Source: an uncultured bacterium
GTDB taxonomy: Bacteria; Patescibacteriota; Patescibacteriia; CAIQCM01
DNA length: 64,000 nucleotides
Assembly (NCBI GenBank): GCA_963708045.1
Contig: OY970181.1
Location: forward strand, 707,740-771,739
Direction of reading: 5' to 3'
The notes below the pieces were generated by a model. That model saw only the letters and a list, made by a program, of their open reading frames with translations, was not told the origin of the DNA and searched no databases. This document shows positions 9,306 through 17,847 of the stretch, in pieces. Position numbers and translations under genes: made by a program. Position 1 is the first letter of the stretch. Each line of letters starts with the position of its first letter.

Positions 9306-11113
9306 TGATTAAGAATTTTTCACGAAAAAAAAATTCTTTAGGCACGGTCGTTCGCGACCGTATTTTGGCTGGTCTCGCGGTTTTTATCGGGTTAGTTTGT
9401 CTCGTCCGCCTTTTTCAACTACAAGTTTTGGATGCTTCGTTTTATAAAGCTTTGGCCAGCGGCCAGCGCAATGTTTTTTCAAAATTAATCCCCGAACGCG
9501 GCGACATTTTGGTGCGCGATGCTGGTGGAAAAGAATATGCCGTCGCCGCCAATCGCGATATGTGGATGGTCTATGCTGATAATCGCAAAATAACCGACCC
9601 AGCCGCAACGGCCAAGGCGCTCGCGCCACTCCTTGTCGCGCCGGTTTTGGAAAAAGATAAAACACCAGAAGTAATTGTTGAAGAAAAAAAAGCAGCGCTG
9701 GCTACAAAAGAAGAAGAATTAAAAAAACGCTTGTCCGTTTCAACTAATGCGTATAATCCCTTGGCGCACGAATTGGATGACGTCGCTTGTACTGCTATTA
9801 AGTCGCTCGGTATCGCGGGAATTGAATTTACGCCGGAAAAAATTCGTTATTATCCCGATCAAAAATTTGGCGGCCAAGTGCTTGGTTTTTTTGGTTATGA
9901 AGGAAATGAAAAAGTCGGACGTTATGGGATAGAGGGCTATTGGGAAAAAGAGCTGGCTGGTACGCAAGGATTTTTAAAAAGCGAAAGCGATCCGCATGGC
10001 CGGACGATTACCGTTGCCAATACTTCTTTTCGCGAAAAGCAGGACGGCGCTGACCTTGTCCTCACGATTAATCGGACGCTTCAAGACGCTAGTTGTGGCT
10101 GGCTTGATGATTGGGTGAAACAACATGGCGCGAGCTCGGGTTCGCTCGTGATGCTGGATCCAAAAACCGGCGCGATAATGGCGATGTGTGGCTCGCCAAA
10201 TTTTGATCCAAATAATTATGAAAAAGTCGGGTCATCCGGCGATTACAACAATGCCGCCATTTGGAACGCTTATGAACCCGGATCGGTAATGAAAGCCATA
10301 ACCATGTCGGCGGCGCTGGATCAGGGCAAAGTAACCCCGACTACGACCTATACTGATTTTGGCGAACTTACGATTAACGGAAAGGTAATTAAAAATTCCG
10401 AACCAAATCCCTTTGGTGTTCAAACGATGATTCAGGTTTTGGATAATTCGCTCAACACTGGCGCGATTTTTGCGATGCGCCAAATTGGCGGCACGATGTT
10501 AAAAAATTATTTGTTCGCTTTTGGTTTTGGAAAAAAATTAGGCATAGAAACCGATACCGAATCGCCAGGAAATTTAGCCAGCCTTGACCAGAATCGTGAA
10601 ATTTTTGCCGCAACAGCCTCGTTTGGACAGGGGATTACGACCACTGTTCTTCAACTGGCTTCGGCTTACGGAGTAATGGCTAATGGTGGAAAGTTGATGA
10701 AGCCATATGTTGTTGATGAAGTTCGCAATTACGACGGGAAAATTGTAAAAACCGCGCCAAAATTAATTGGGCAAGCGATTTCCGAACACGCCGCCAATTT
10801 GATTACCGGTATGCTTGTTTCGGTGGTAAAAAATGGTCACGGCAAGCGTGCCGGCGTTCCTGGGTATCTTGTTGCTGGAAAAACCGGCACAGCGCAAATT
10901 CCGCGTATGGATGGCCTTGGTTATGAAGATAAGGATACAATCGGAACGTTTGCCGGCTATGCCCCAGTTTCCGACCCAAAATTTGTTTTGGTGGTGCGCG
11001 TTGACAGGCCGCAAGATGTTCAGTTTGCTGAAAGCTCGGCCGCGCCGCTTTTTGGCAAGATTGCCGCTTATACCTTGCAATACTTAGGCATTCCACCGGA
11101 TGATGTTAAGTGA
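9305..11113 (+). CDS. Class B penicillin-binding protein (FtsI/PBP2-like transpeptidase)
   Basis: N-terminal TM, RGDI, RYYP, GIEGYWE, YEPGSVMK (SxxK), SLN, GKTGTAQ. Confidence 0.92.
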   Translation: MIKNFSRKKNSLGTVVRDRILAGLAVFIGLVCLVRLFQLQVLDASFYKALASGQRNVFSKLIPERGDILVRDAGGKEYAVAANRDMWMVYADNRKITDPAATAKALAPLLVAPVLEKDKTPEVIVEEKKAALATKEEELKKRLSVSTNAYNPLAHELDDVACTAIKSLGIAGIEFTPEKIRYYPDQKFGGQVLGFFGYEGNEKVGRYGIEGYWEKELAGTQGFLKSESDPHGRTITVANTSFREKQDGADLVLTINRTLQDASCGWLDDWVKQHGASSGSLVMLDPKTGAIMAMCGSPNFDPNNYEKVGSSGDYNNAAIWNAYEPGSVMKAITMSAALDQGKVTPTTTYTDFGELTINGKVIKNSEPNPFGVQTMIQVLDNSLNTGAIFAMRQIGGTMLKNYLFAFGFGKKLGIETDTESPGNLASLDQNREIFAATASFGQGITTTVLQLASAYGVMANGGKLMKPYVVDEVRNYDGKIVKTAPKLIGQAISEHAANLITGMLVSVVKNGHGKRAGVPGYLVAGKTGTAQIPRMDGLGYEDKDTIGTFAGYAPVSDPKFVLVVRVDRPQDVQFAESSAAPLFGKIAAYTLQYLGIPPDDVK

Positions 11114-11196
11114 GGTGTTAGGTTTTAGGTATCAGGTGTTAGGTTTTAACATACGACCTTTGACCTGTAACCTTGAACCTTGCACCTTGAACCTAA
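11113..11196. repeat. Heptamer array with inverted arms (AGGTKTT / ACCTTGA family)
   Basis: aggtgtt aggtttt aggtatc aggtgtt aggtttt ... acctttg acctgta accttga accttgc accttga. Confidence 0.9.
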
Positions 11197-11203
11197 TAAC
11201 AAT

Positions 11204-12493
11204 ATGAAAAACCTTATTGAAAAAATATTGTCCGCGCTTGCAAGCGCGATCATAAAAAAGTATAAGCCGATGGTGGTCGCGGTTACTGGTTCGGCTGGTA
11301 AGACCTCGGCCAGAGAAGCGATTTACGCGGCGGTAAATACCGAGTTTGACGCGCGCGCTTCGCTAAAAAATTATAATAACGACCTTGGCTTGCCGCTTTC
11401 AATCATCAACGCTAAGTCGGTCGGAAAAAATATTTTTAGCTGGCTTAAAATTATTGCACGCGGCGTTTCGTTTATTGTTTTTTTGCGGCGTTTTCCCGGC
11501 GTTTTAATTTTAGAAATGGCGGCTGATCATCCGGGCGACCTCGCACGGCTCGTAAAAATTGCACCGCCGAATGTTTCCGTTATTACCTCAGTCGGTTCGG
11601 CGCATATGGAATTTTTCGGTTCCGAAAGCGCGATTGCCGAAGAAAAAGCAACCCTTGTTCATGCGCTGACCGTTGATGGCGTTGCTGTTTTGAATGCTGA
11701 CGATTCGCGGGTTAATGGTATGCGCTCGACTTGCAAAGGAAAAATTATAACTTTTGGAATAGACAATGTTGCCGACGTTCGTGCGACAAAAATTGAATAT
11801 CTTCGCGACACGCAATCGCTTGCGGTAACCGGACTTTGTGTTGAAGCCGCAATTAAAAATCAAAAAGTAAATTTTATTCTTCATGGTGCGATCGGAAAAA
11901 ATCATGTCTTGGCCGCGCTGGCTGGTTTGGCCGCTGCTTATGCGTTAAAAATAAAACCAGAAACCGCCGCGCTAAATTTGGAAAAAATAAAACTCGCCCC
12001 TGGTCGGTCGCATTTAATTCCGGGCATAAAAGAAACAATGATTATTGACGACTCATACAACGCTTCGCCGGCAACGGTTTTAAGTGCCTTAGTGGCGTTA
12101 AAAGATTATCCGGTCGTCGGAAACGGCCGACGCATTGCGCTTATCGGCGATATGCTTGAGCTTGGTGGCTATACCGAAACCGCGCATAAAAATGTTGGCG
12201 AAACGGCGGCAAGACTTGGTATTGATTTTTTGTACGGTGTTGGCGAACGAATGCACGACGCTTGCACCGCGGCGCGCGCCGCGGGAATGGGGGAGGAACA
12301 AATTATTCATATGGAAAATGCCGGCTCGGCCGCGCGCTTTCTTCAGGAACGTTTGCATCCAAACGACGTGATTTTAATTAAGGGCTCGCAAGGAATGCGC
12401 ACTGAACGCGCCGTCCGCGAACTAATGCTTGAACCGGAAAAAGCCGAAGAACTTCTTTGTCGGCAGGGGAAGGAGTGGGTGGATGGCACGTAG
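11204..12493 (+). CDS. murF: UDP-N-acetylmuramoyl-tripeptide--D-Ala-D-Ala ligase
   Basis: VAVTGSAGKTS, NYNNDLGLP, DDSYNASP, GDMLELG, IKGSQG; ATG at 11204. Confidence 0.92.
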   Translation: MKNLIEKILSALASAIIKKYKPMVVAVTGSAGKTSAREAIYAAVNTEFDARASLKNYNNDLGLPLSIINAKSVGKNIFSWLKIIARGVSFIVFLRRFPGVLILEMAADHPGDLARLVKIAPPNVSVITSVGSAHMEFFGSESAIAEEKATLVHALTVDGVAVLNADDSRVNGMRSTCKGKIITFGIDNVADVRATKIEYLRDTQSLAVTGLCVEAAIKNQKVNFILHGAIGKNHVLAALAGLAAAYALKIKPETAALNLEKIKLAPGRSHLIPGIKETMIIDDSYNASPATVLSALVALKDYPVVGNGRRIALIGDMLELGGYTETAHKNVGETAARLGIDFLYGVGERMHDACTAARAAGMGEEQIIHMENAGSAARFLQERLHPNDVILIKGSQGMRTERAVRELMLEPEKAEELLCRQGKEWVDGT

Positions 12494-12574
12494 CACGTGG
12501 CATGTGGCATGTGGCATGTGGCGTGTGGCACGTAGCACGTAGCGCGTGGCTTGTAGTACGTGATACGTAGTAGG
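12484..12574. repeat. One-armed heptamer array, 13 units (TRGCAYG family)
   Basis: tggcacg tagcacg tggcatg x3 tggcgtg tggcacg tagcacg tagcgcg tggcttg tagtacg tgatacg tagtagg; contains the murF stop. Confidence 0.92.
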
Positions 12575-12604
12575 TGGTTACTGTGGAATTAATGAAAAAA
12601 TCTT

Positions 12605-12646
12605 TCGCATCACATTAAATCGCGATCGCGATTTAATGTGATGCGA
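12605..12646. repeat. Perfect 42-bp palindrome centred on CGATCG
   Basis: tcgcatcacattaaatcgcga|tcgcgatttaatgtgatgcga. Confidence 0.95.
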
Positions 12647-12665
12647 GTAAATATTTGAATAAACG

Positions 12666-12692
12666 AAAACCCTTGAGACACTCAAGGGTTTT
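12666..12692. terminator. Bidirectional intrinsic terminator-like hairpin
   Basis: aaaacccttgag aca ctcaagggtttt. Confidence 0.7.
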
Positions 12693-12718
12693 GCGGTTAA
12701 GAGGAAGTGACGGTTTGT

Positions 12719-13315
12719 TTATTTGTCCGGTAGAACGCCGGGGTGGGTGAAGCTGAAAAAGGCTTGGCCTGTTCTTTGGCTTATTTCCCCCCTGAGCGGT
12801 CCGACCGATATGCCGGGATAGACCGTGAAAATCTCCAGACTCCAACCACCCCCAATGCGCATGAAGTCGCAGGAAAAAGTCACGGCATAGGTGAGCATTG
12901 CTAAGTGATGCGTGCCTTGTTTGACCCTAAGCCCAGTACAGCTTCTGTTAAGGCCAAAGGGTTCAAGATCGTCAACTTCAAAGAGCGTGAGCGGCGCGGT
13001 TGAGGACCAGCCAACCTGACGAGAGTGGGTGACGGAAAAATACCTTTGCCGTTCACGGGAGCCGATGATGGCGTTGGTGATACTCGGCAATTCAGCGCAA
13101 AATCGCTGAACGAAATCTCCGTCGGCAAAAACTTCGTTAAAGTTGCGCCAAAGCAAGAAGTTGCCGGCAAGCGGTTCGCCACCTGGTCGGAAACAGGTGT
13201 TTCTAAGGCAAAGCTCAACAGTATCTCGACAGTAGACGGTTGTGTCGGCAAACCCAGGAATACGAAGGAACCGTGAGAACGCTACGTGTGATGGCATCGT
13301 GTGAATCCTTTGCAC
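12719..13315 (-). CDS. Hypothetical protein (island)
   Basis: 198-aa ORF lying between a promoter and a terminator; start codon uncertain. Confidence 0.6.
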   Translation of the reverse strand: MQRIHTMPSHVAFSRFLRIPGFADTTVYCRDTVELCLRNTCFRPGGEPLAGNFLLWRNFNEVFADGDFVQRFCAELPSITNAIIGSRERQRYFSVTHSRQVGWSSTAPLTLFEVDDLEPFGLNRSCTGLRVKQGTHHLAMLTYAVTFSCDFMRIGGGWSLEIFTVYPGISVGPLRGEISQRTGQAFFSFTHPGVLPDK

Positions 13316-13359
13316 GTTGTTACTGCCCCATTGTTAACTGTGGTAGCGGGCATCCGAAG

Positions 13360-13423
13360 ATGATATTCTAACTCGCTGTTTTCGTCAAGGATCATTGACG
13401 AAACAGATAAAATATGATATAAA
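13360..13423. promoter_or_regulatory. Back-to-back sigma70-type promoters
   Basis: Plus strand TTGACG-N17-TATAAA from 13395; minus strand TTGACG-N17-TATCAT from 13388. Confidence 0.7.
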
Positions 13424-13540
13424 CTAACGTTGTTCTTTGACTGAAATTACGATCAGAATCAGGAATCTTTAGCTGAATTTTCGGCCGATGGTTCTTGATT
13501 CTGATTCATACCAAACCACAAAAATTGGACAGGAGCCGCT

Positions 13541-13915
13541 ATGATCAATGCATTCTTTTCACTCACGTCGCTTGTTGGTGGTATCAGTTCTGGGCGGTTT
13601 AGCCAGAATGATCTAGACACTGGTTTTTTCTGCCTTCTTCGGGAACGGCGGTTCGTGATGGATCAACCCGGGGAACTTCCTGGGACGGCTGAGGATTATC
13701 AACAAGTTGTTCGTGCGATTCAACAAGCTGAGAGTGATGGTCGTGCTCTTTGGTTTGATGGAATCCCAACCTACGGTCCGCTCTATGATTTTCTTCAGAA
13801 AAACGGTTTCCTTGAACTTGTTCAGGCAATCGGACGTAGGAGAGAAGATCGCTTGGTGTGTAGTGTCGTTCAAAAAGCGGCAATGAGTTTCAAAATCACG
13901 TTTATCTATTTTTGA
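13541..13915 (+). CDS. Hypothetical protein (island)
   Basis: 124 aa, SD AGGAG, upstream promoter, downstream hairpin. Confidence 0.65.
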   Translation: MINAFFSLTSLVGGISSGRFSQNDLDTGFFCLLRERRFVMDQPGELPGTAEDYQQVVRAIQQAESDGRALWFDGIPTYGPLYDFLQKNGFLELVQAIGRRREDRLVCSVVQKAAMSFKITFIYF

Positions 13916-13928
13916 GTCGCGATTTCTT

Positions 13929-13967
13929 CACCCACCACAAAAGCATTCACTGCTTCCGTGGTGGGTG
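13929..13967 (+). terminator. 39-nt repeated hairpin, copy 1
   Basis: cacccaccac aaaagca ttcac tgcttcc gtggtgggtg followed by a T-tract. Confidence 0.8.
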
Positions 13968-13979
13968 TTTTTGTTTTTT

Positions 13980-14021
13980 AATTCTTCCAACTTTTTCCGA
14001 TCGGAAAAAGTTGGAAGAATT
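13980..14021. repeat. Perfect 42-bp palindrome centred on CGATCG
   Basis: aattcttccaactttttccga|tcggaaaaagttggaagaatt. Confidence 0.95.
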
Positions 14022-14140
14022 TAAAAATAGAAAGTCAAAGGAATTAAGTCTAATTCTTGACATAACCTCTCTGAAGTATCGGCAGGGAAATACGTGGTTC
14101 TTTGAGTTTAGAATGTGGGAAGTGATATAATAACGTCGTT

Positions 14141-14656
14141 ATGACGAAGTGTTGTTTTCGCACACAAACACCAAACCGTGCGGCGTTCACACTGGTTGAA
14201 CTTTTGGTTGTGATTGCGATTATTGGCTTGCTTTCAACAATCGCGGTGGTGGCTTTGGGTTCGGTGAGAAGGCAGGCGCGAAACACCAAACGGATTGCCG
14301 ATGTTAAACAGCTTGTAACAGCTTTTAGTTTGGGACTTGATGCCAATGGCACCTATCCGTCGTCTGGTGGCGATGTTTACGCCTGTATTGCTTCAACTTG
14401 TACCGCCAGTTGGAGTGGCTTTGCCCCCAACGAGATAGTTAACACCTTTTTTCAAACGTATATGGCAACCAAGCCAACAGACCCCAATGACAATAATTCT
14501 CGTTTGCAAGGCGGATATCTTTATAACGGACAAGACCCCTCCCTTGGAGGTGTTCCTGGAATAAATTACCTCCTTGAGCCGCCAGCCACTTGCGGAGTTG
14601 GGCAACTCATCGGAACGAACGCAAACTACGTTTGGTGTGGCGTTAAGCTTGAGTAA
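14141..14656 (+). CDS. Type IV pilin-like protein (island copy)
   Basis: AFTLVELLVVIAIIGLLSTIAVV class III signal; ARNTKRIADVKQ. Confidence 0.9.
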   Translation: MTKCCFRTQTPNRAAFTLVELLVVIAIIGLLSTIAVVALGSVRRQARNTKRIADVKQLVTAFSLGLDANGTYPSSGGDVYACIASTCTASWSGFAPNEIVNTFFQTYMATKPTDPNDNNSRLQGGYLYNGQDPSLGGVPGINYLLEPPATCGVGQLIGTNANYVWCGVKLE

Positions 14657-14703
14657 GTGTTATTGGCACTCGTTGTAAACTTTTAGCTCAATACTCCACG
14701 CTA

Positions 14704-14836
14704 ATGGATAACTTTATAAATAGGGTCAGGTCTGATTTTAAATGTAAAAAAATTTTAGATTGAATGTTGGGGTTTTGGTTGACACATTAGGTGGCGCAGT
14801 GGGTATAGAACGCGGGGTTCGTCAAGGATCATTGAC
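14704..14836 (+). repeat. Shared intergenic block B (ends GTGGCGCA...TATAGAACGCGGGG), copy 1, running into a promoter
   Basis: Similar to 15625-15730 and 17640-17746; followed by TTGACA-N16-TATACT. Confidence 0.7.
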
Positions 14837-14900
14837 AAAGTGTTAAAAAACCGTATACTTTTTTTGACTGAAGAAACTCGGAAACAAAAGGGGGAAAAGG

Positions 14901-15455
14901 ATGAAAAATTTGATGTTCGTTTTGGTTGCGCTCTTTGCAATAAACTGCAGTTCGTCGGATGGTGGCAAAACGTCTTCGCCTGCGGGTGTGAACGCACCCG
15001 CTCTAATTTGCGGAAGCGATGTCTCTTGCGGAGGTGATCTTTCTGGGGAATGGCTCGTCACGGAAACGTGCATGAGCAAAGAATTTCGGGATAATTTTGA
15101 CAAACTTTCAAAGGGGAATTCTTACCAATCATGCGTTTCGTCGGCGGAAATGAAACTACTCTCGCCTGGTGTTGTGGTGACATTTCCGAATGGGAATTGG
15201 TTCACCAATGATAGTATCAAAATCGTTCTTGAGTATTCAATGTCAGAGGCTTGCCTGCAAAAGTACGGTAAGAATTGTGCTGTGATGGGAACAAATTTGG
15301 ACTGTTCGCTCACCAACAACGATCTCTGTACGTGTGCTACGATTCCAGAGGGAACGGAAGAACAGGAATCAATGCACAACTACTGCGTTCAGGGCGACAC
15401 GCTCGTATTTTCCACCGGCGTTGGCGTGGCTTTTTTTCTTACGCGGATGAAATAA
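14901..15455 (+). CDS. Cysteine-rich putative lipoprotein (island)
   Basis: MKNLMFVLVALFAIN-C lipobox-like signal, Ser/Gly linker, about 10 further Cys. Confidence 0.75.
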   Translation: MKNLMFVLVALFAINCSSSDGGKTSSPAGVNAPALICGSDVSCGGDLSGEWLVTETCMSKEFRDNFDKLSKGNSYQSCVSSAEMKLLSPGVVVTFPNGNWFTNDSIKIVLEYSMSEACLQKYGKNCAVMGTNLDCSLTNNDLCTCATIPEGTEEQESMHNYCVQGDTLVFSTGVGVAFFLTRMK

Positions 15456-15494
15456 AAGACAATACCAAACAGCGTAGGGTGCGACTTAATCTCA

Positions 15495-15533
15495 CACCCG
15501 CGACAAAAGCACCTACTGCTTCTTTCGCGGGTG
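15495..15533 (+). terminator. 39-nt repeated hairpin, copy 2
   Basis: cacccgcgac aaaagca cctac tgcttct ttcgcgggtg followed by a T-tract. Confidence 0.8.
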
Positions 15534-15580
15534 TTTTTGTTTTTGAATTTTTTTGTATGTGATTATATTTTTATTTTTTA

Positions 15581-15622
15581 AATTCTTCCGACTTTTTCCG
15601 ATCGGAAAAAGTCGGAAGAATT
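15581..15622. repeat. Perfect 42-bp palindrome centred on CGATCG (homologue of 13980-14021)
   Basis: aattcttccgactttttccga|tcggaaaaagtcggaagaatt. Confidence 0.95.
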
Positions 15623-15624
15623 AT

Positions 15625-15730
15625 AATAGATGGAAAATTTATAAAATATGGACAAGCTATATTTATGATAAAAATACCGAGATTGAATCTTGGGATTTTT
15701 AAGTGGCGCAATGAATATAGAACGCGGGGA
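15625..15730 (+). repeat. Shared intergenic block B, copy 2
   Basis: aaaatttataaa...caagctat...gataaaaatac.gagatt.aatc...tttttaagtggcgcaatgaatatagaacgcgggga. Confidence 0.75.
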
Positions 15731-15820
15731 CTAAGTATCTTGACAAAATGGCCAAAATATAGTAAGAGTTCAGTAGCTGCTTAAAAAAGCAGCTCCTCTC
15801 AACATAGGAAGGAGCTCGGA

Positions 15821-16627
15821 ATGCAGACACAACACGATCAGACCAGGAGCGCTATTCCCTCCATTGCCACTAAATCTGTGGCATCCGCGAGATATGGTAT
15901 AGACAACCCGCCGCTATCTGAAGAATCGGCTGCCACGCGAATAGAGACTCTGGTTGGCGAAATTCAGGTCGTTGAAACAGACTTGGAGATGAGCAACCCC
16001 GAGACATATGCAGGTTTGGGAACCTATGCCGAGTGGCGCAAACGCGCGGTTAGTGCGCTCGGACACATAAAGAAGGAACTCAAGTTCCTGCGTCGATGGG
16101 TTGATCAACAACGTGTGGCGAAAAAAGCGGCCAAGCGCCAGGTCGCCGACGAGTCCGCCATCCGTAATTACGAAGGACTCGGCATTATCGCTCGCGGGAT
16201 CAAGGCTCGAGCAATCGAGTTGGCGGTGAAAATTGGTGGGGCGTATGAGGTGCGCTATAGAGAGTCCGTCTCGCCCCCTGATTTGCTAACAGCGATTGCA
16301 AGACGCACCGAGCTCGTCGCAATCAAGGAAAGTTTGGGGGATGCTTTTCAGGAAATAACGGCTGCGTGGACCAGTCATCCGTTGCGTCGTGAAGAGATGG
16401 GTGTTGCCAAGGCACCGCTCAATAAAATCCTCAAATGCGTTGAAAGGGAACTTGGTGTGATAAAGGTGTACATCGCTCAGAGTACACCTCGACAACCCAC
16501 TCCAGTTGCTGGATGGAAGACTATCTGCATTGGTTTTTTCGAGAGGATGCTCGAAAACGGCGCTGATTTAACTCAGGAAGAAGTGGCAGTATTGGTTTGG
16601 TTAAAAGCCACCAAGATGCCTGCCTAG
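15821..16627 (+). CDS. Helical hypothetical protein (island)
   Basis: 268 aa, SD AGGAG, TTGACA at 15740. Confidence 0.7.
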   Translation: MQTQHDQTRSAIPSIATKSVASARYGIDNPPLSEESAATRIETLVGEIQVVETDLEMSNPETYAGLGTYAEWRKRAVSALGHIKKELKFLRRWVDQQRVAKKAAKRQVADESAIRNYEGLGIIARGIKARAIELAVKIGGAYEVRYRESVSPPDLLTAIARRTELVAIKESLGDAFQEITAAWTSHPLRREEMGVAKAPLNKILKCVERELGVIKVYIAQSTPRQPTPVAGWKTICIGFFERMLENGADLTQEEVAVLVWLKATKMPA

Positions 16628-16641
16628 ACGTCCACAACCCG

Positions 16642-16680
16642 CACCCGCGACAGAAGTATTCGTTACTTCTCTCGCGGGTG
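16642..16680 (+). terminator. 39-nt repeated hairpin, copy 3
   Basis: cacccgcgacagaagtattcgttacttctctcgcgggtg followed by a T-tract. Confidence 0.85.
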
Positions 16681-16761
16681 TTTTTTAAGTTTTTTTTAAG
16701 GATTGACAGATGCTTTAAACTGGGTTGATATAGAAGAGCCATTTATGGGCGAGGAGGGAAA

Positions 16762-17532
16762 ATGAATCCTTATATAGGCATAACCGATTTCACCGAATCG
16801 AATCAAGTTCGTCGCATACTCGAAGTATTTCATACTGTTTTTCCTGATGGTACGAATTGGCGTCTGCATGTCGGCGTGATGATGAGTTACAAAACACTCA
16901 GAGGGTTGCCGACAAAGTGGCAAGCATCTTTTCCGGCCAAGGAAAAAATCGCCAGCATTTTCTTTTCTCATGAGGCCTATAACTGTCTGCACTACGCCGA
17001 CTACGACGCCAATCATGAACTGTCAAAAATCTTGAGTGAGGCGATTTGTTGGTGCGGGCGCGGATTAAACGCTGTTCAGCTTGATATGATCTGGCCTAAC
17101 CCCGGGGAAGTCGCAGAAGCAATTCATCGTTCACGCATAAACATTGAGGTCATTCTACAGCTTGGCGCAAACGCTCTGGCGGAAACAGGTGGTGATCCAG
17201 CTGTCACTGTGAACCGTCTTCGCGATTACGAAGGAGTAATCCACCGTGTGCTCATTGACAAGAGCATGGGTCGCGGGCTCGTCATGGACGCCAACGTGCT
17301 TCTTCCTTTCGTTTCCGCCATCCGACAACATTTCCCGACATTGGGCATAGGCGTGGCTGGTGGTCTGGGGCCAGGCACGGTCGAGGCGGCACAACCACTC
17401 CTTAGAGCTTTTCCTGATCTAAGTATTGACGCCCAAGGACGACTTCGTCCAAGTGGAAACGCTCTGGATCCAATTGATTGGGATATAGCCTCGGAATACC
17501 TAGTTCAAGCCGCCTCAATCATTAGAGAATAG
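16762..17532 (+). CDS. TIM-barrel protein, TrpF/PRAI-like
   Basis: YIGITDF, AVQLD, LIDKSMGRG, GVAGGLGP and SIDAQGRLR resemble ribulose-phosphate-binding barrel motifs. Confidence 0.65.
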   Translation: MNPYIGITDFTESNQVRRILEVFHTVFPDGTNWRLHVGVMMSYKTLRGLPTKWQASFPAKEKIASIFFSHEAYNCLHYADYDANHELSKILSEAICWCGRGLNAVQLDMIWPNPGEVAEAIHRSRINIEVILQLGANALAETGGDPAVTVNRLRDYEGVIHRVLIDKSMGRGLVMDANVLLPFVSAIRQHFPTLGIGVAGGLGPGTVEAAQPLLRAFPDLSIDAQGRLRPSGNALDPIDWDIASEYLVQAASIIRE

Positions 17533-17566
17533 ACTCTCAAACGAAGGAAATACGACCCTCGTTTCA

Positions 17567-17605
17567 CACCCGCGACAGAAGTATTCGTTACTTCTCTCGC
17601 GGGTG
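17567..17605 (+). terminator. 39-nt repeated hairpin, copy 4 (identical to copy 3)
   Basis: Same 39 nt as 16642-16680, followed by a T-tract. Confidence 0.85.
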
Positions 17606-17639
17606 TTTTTGTTTTTTAATTTTTGTATATTGTAATTTA

Positions 17640-17746
17640 AATAGACGAAAAATTTATAAATAGGATCAAGCTATGCTTCTGATAAAAAATACTGAGATTA
17701 AATCCTGAAATTTTTAAGTGGTGCGTTGGATATGGAAGGGGGGATT
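17640..17746 (+). repeat. Shared intergenic block B, copy 3
   Basis: aaaatttataaat...caagctat...gataaaaaatactgagattaaatcc...tttttaagtggtgcgttggatatggaagggggga; followed by TTGACT-N17-TATTCT. Confidence 0.75.
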
Positions 17747-17847
17747 AAAGTCGGCTATTGACTTTTTGATGACTGCGAACTATTCTTTTGAATCCTTTTG
17801 GCAAGGCCGAAGGTAAAGTTCTGTAAACAAAAACAACGGGGGTTGTC

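Noticed and set aside
12484-12574. Heptamer arrays as a CRISPR array
   Set aside because: Units are 7 bp and contiguous, with no 23-47 bp repeats, no unique spacers and no cas genes
13929-17605. Island hairpins as classical integron attC sites
   Set aside because: No RYYYAAC/GTTRRRY ends or extrahelical bases, no intI in the window, and the genes have their own promoters
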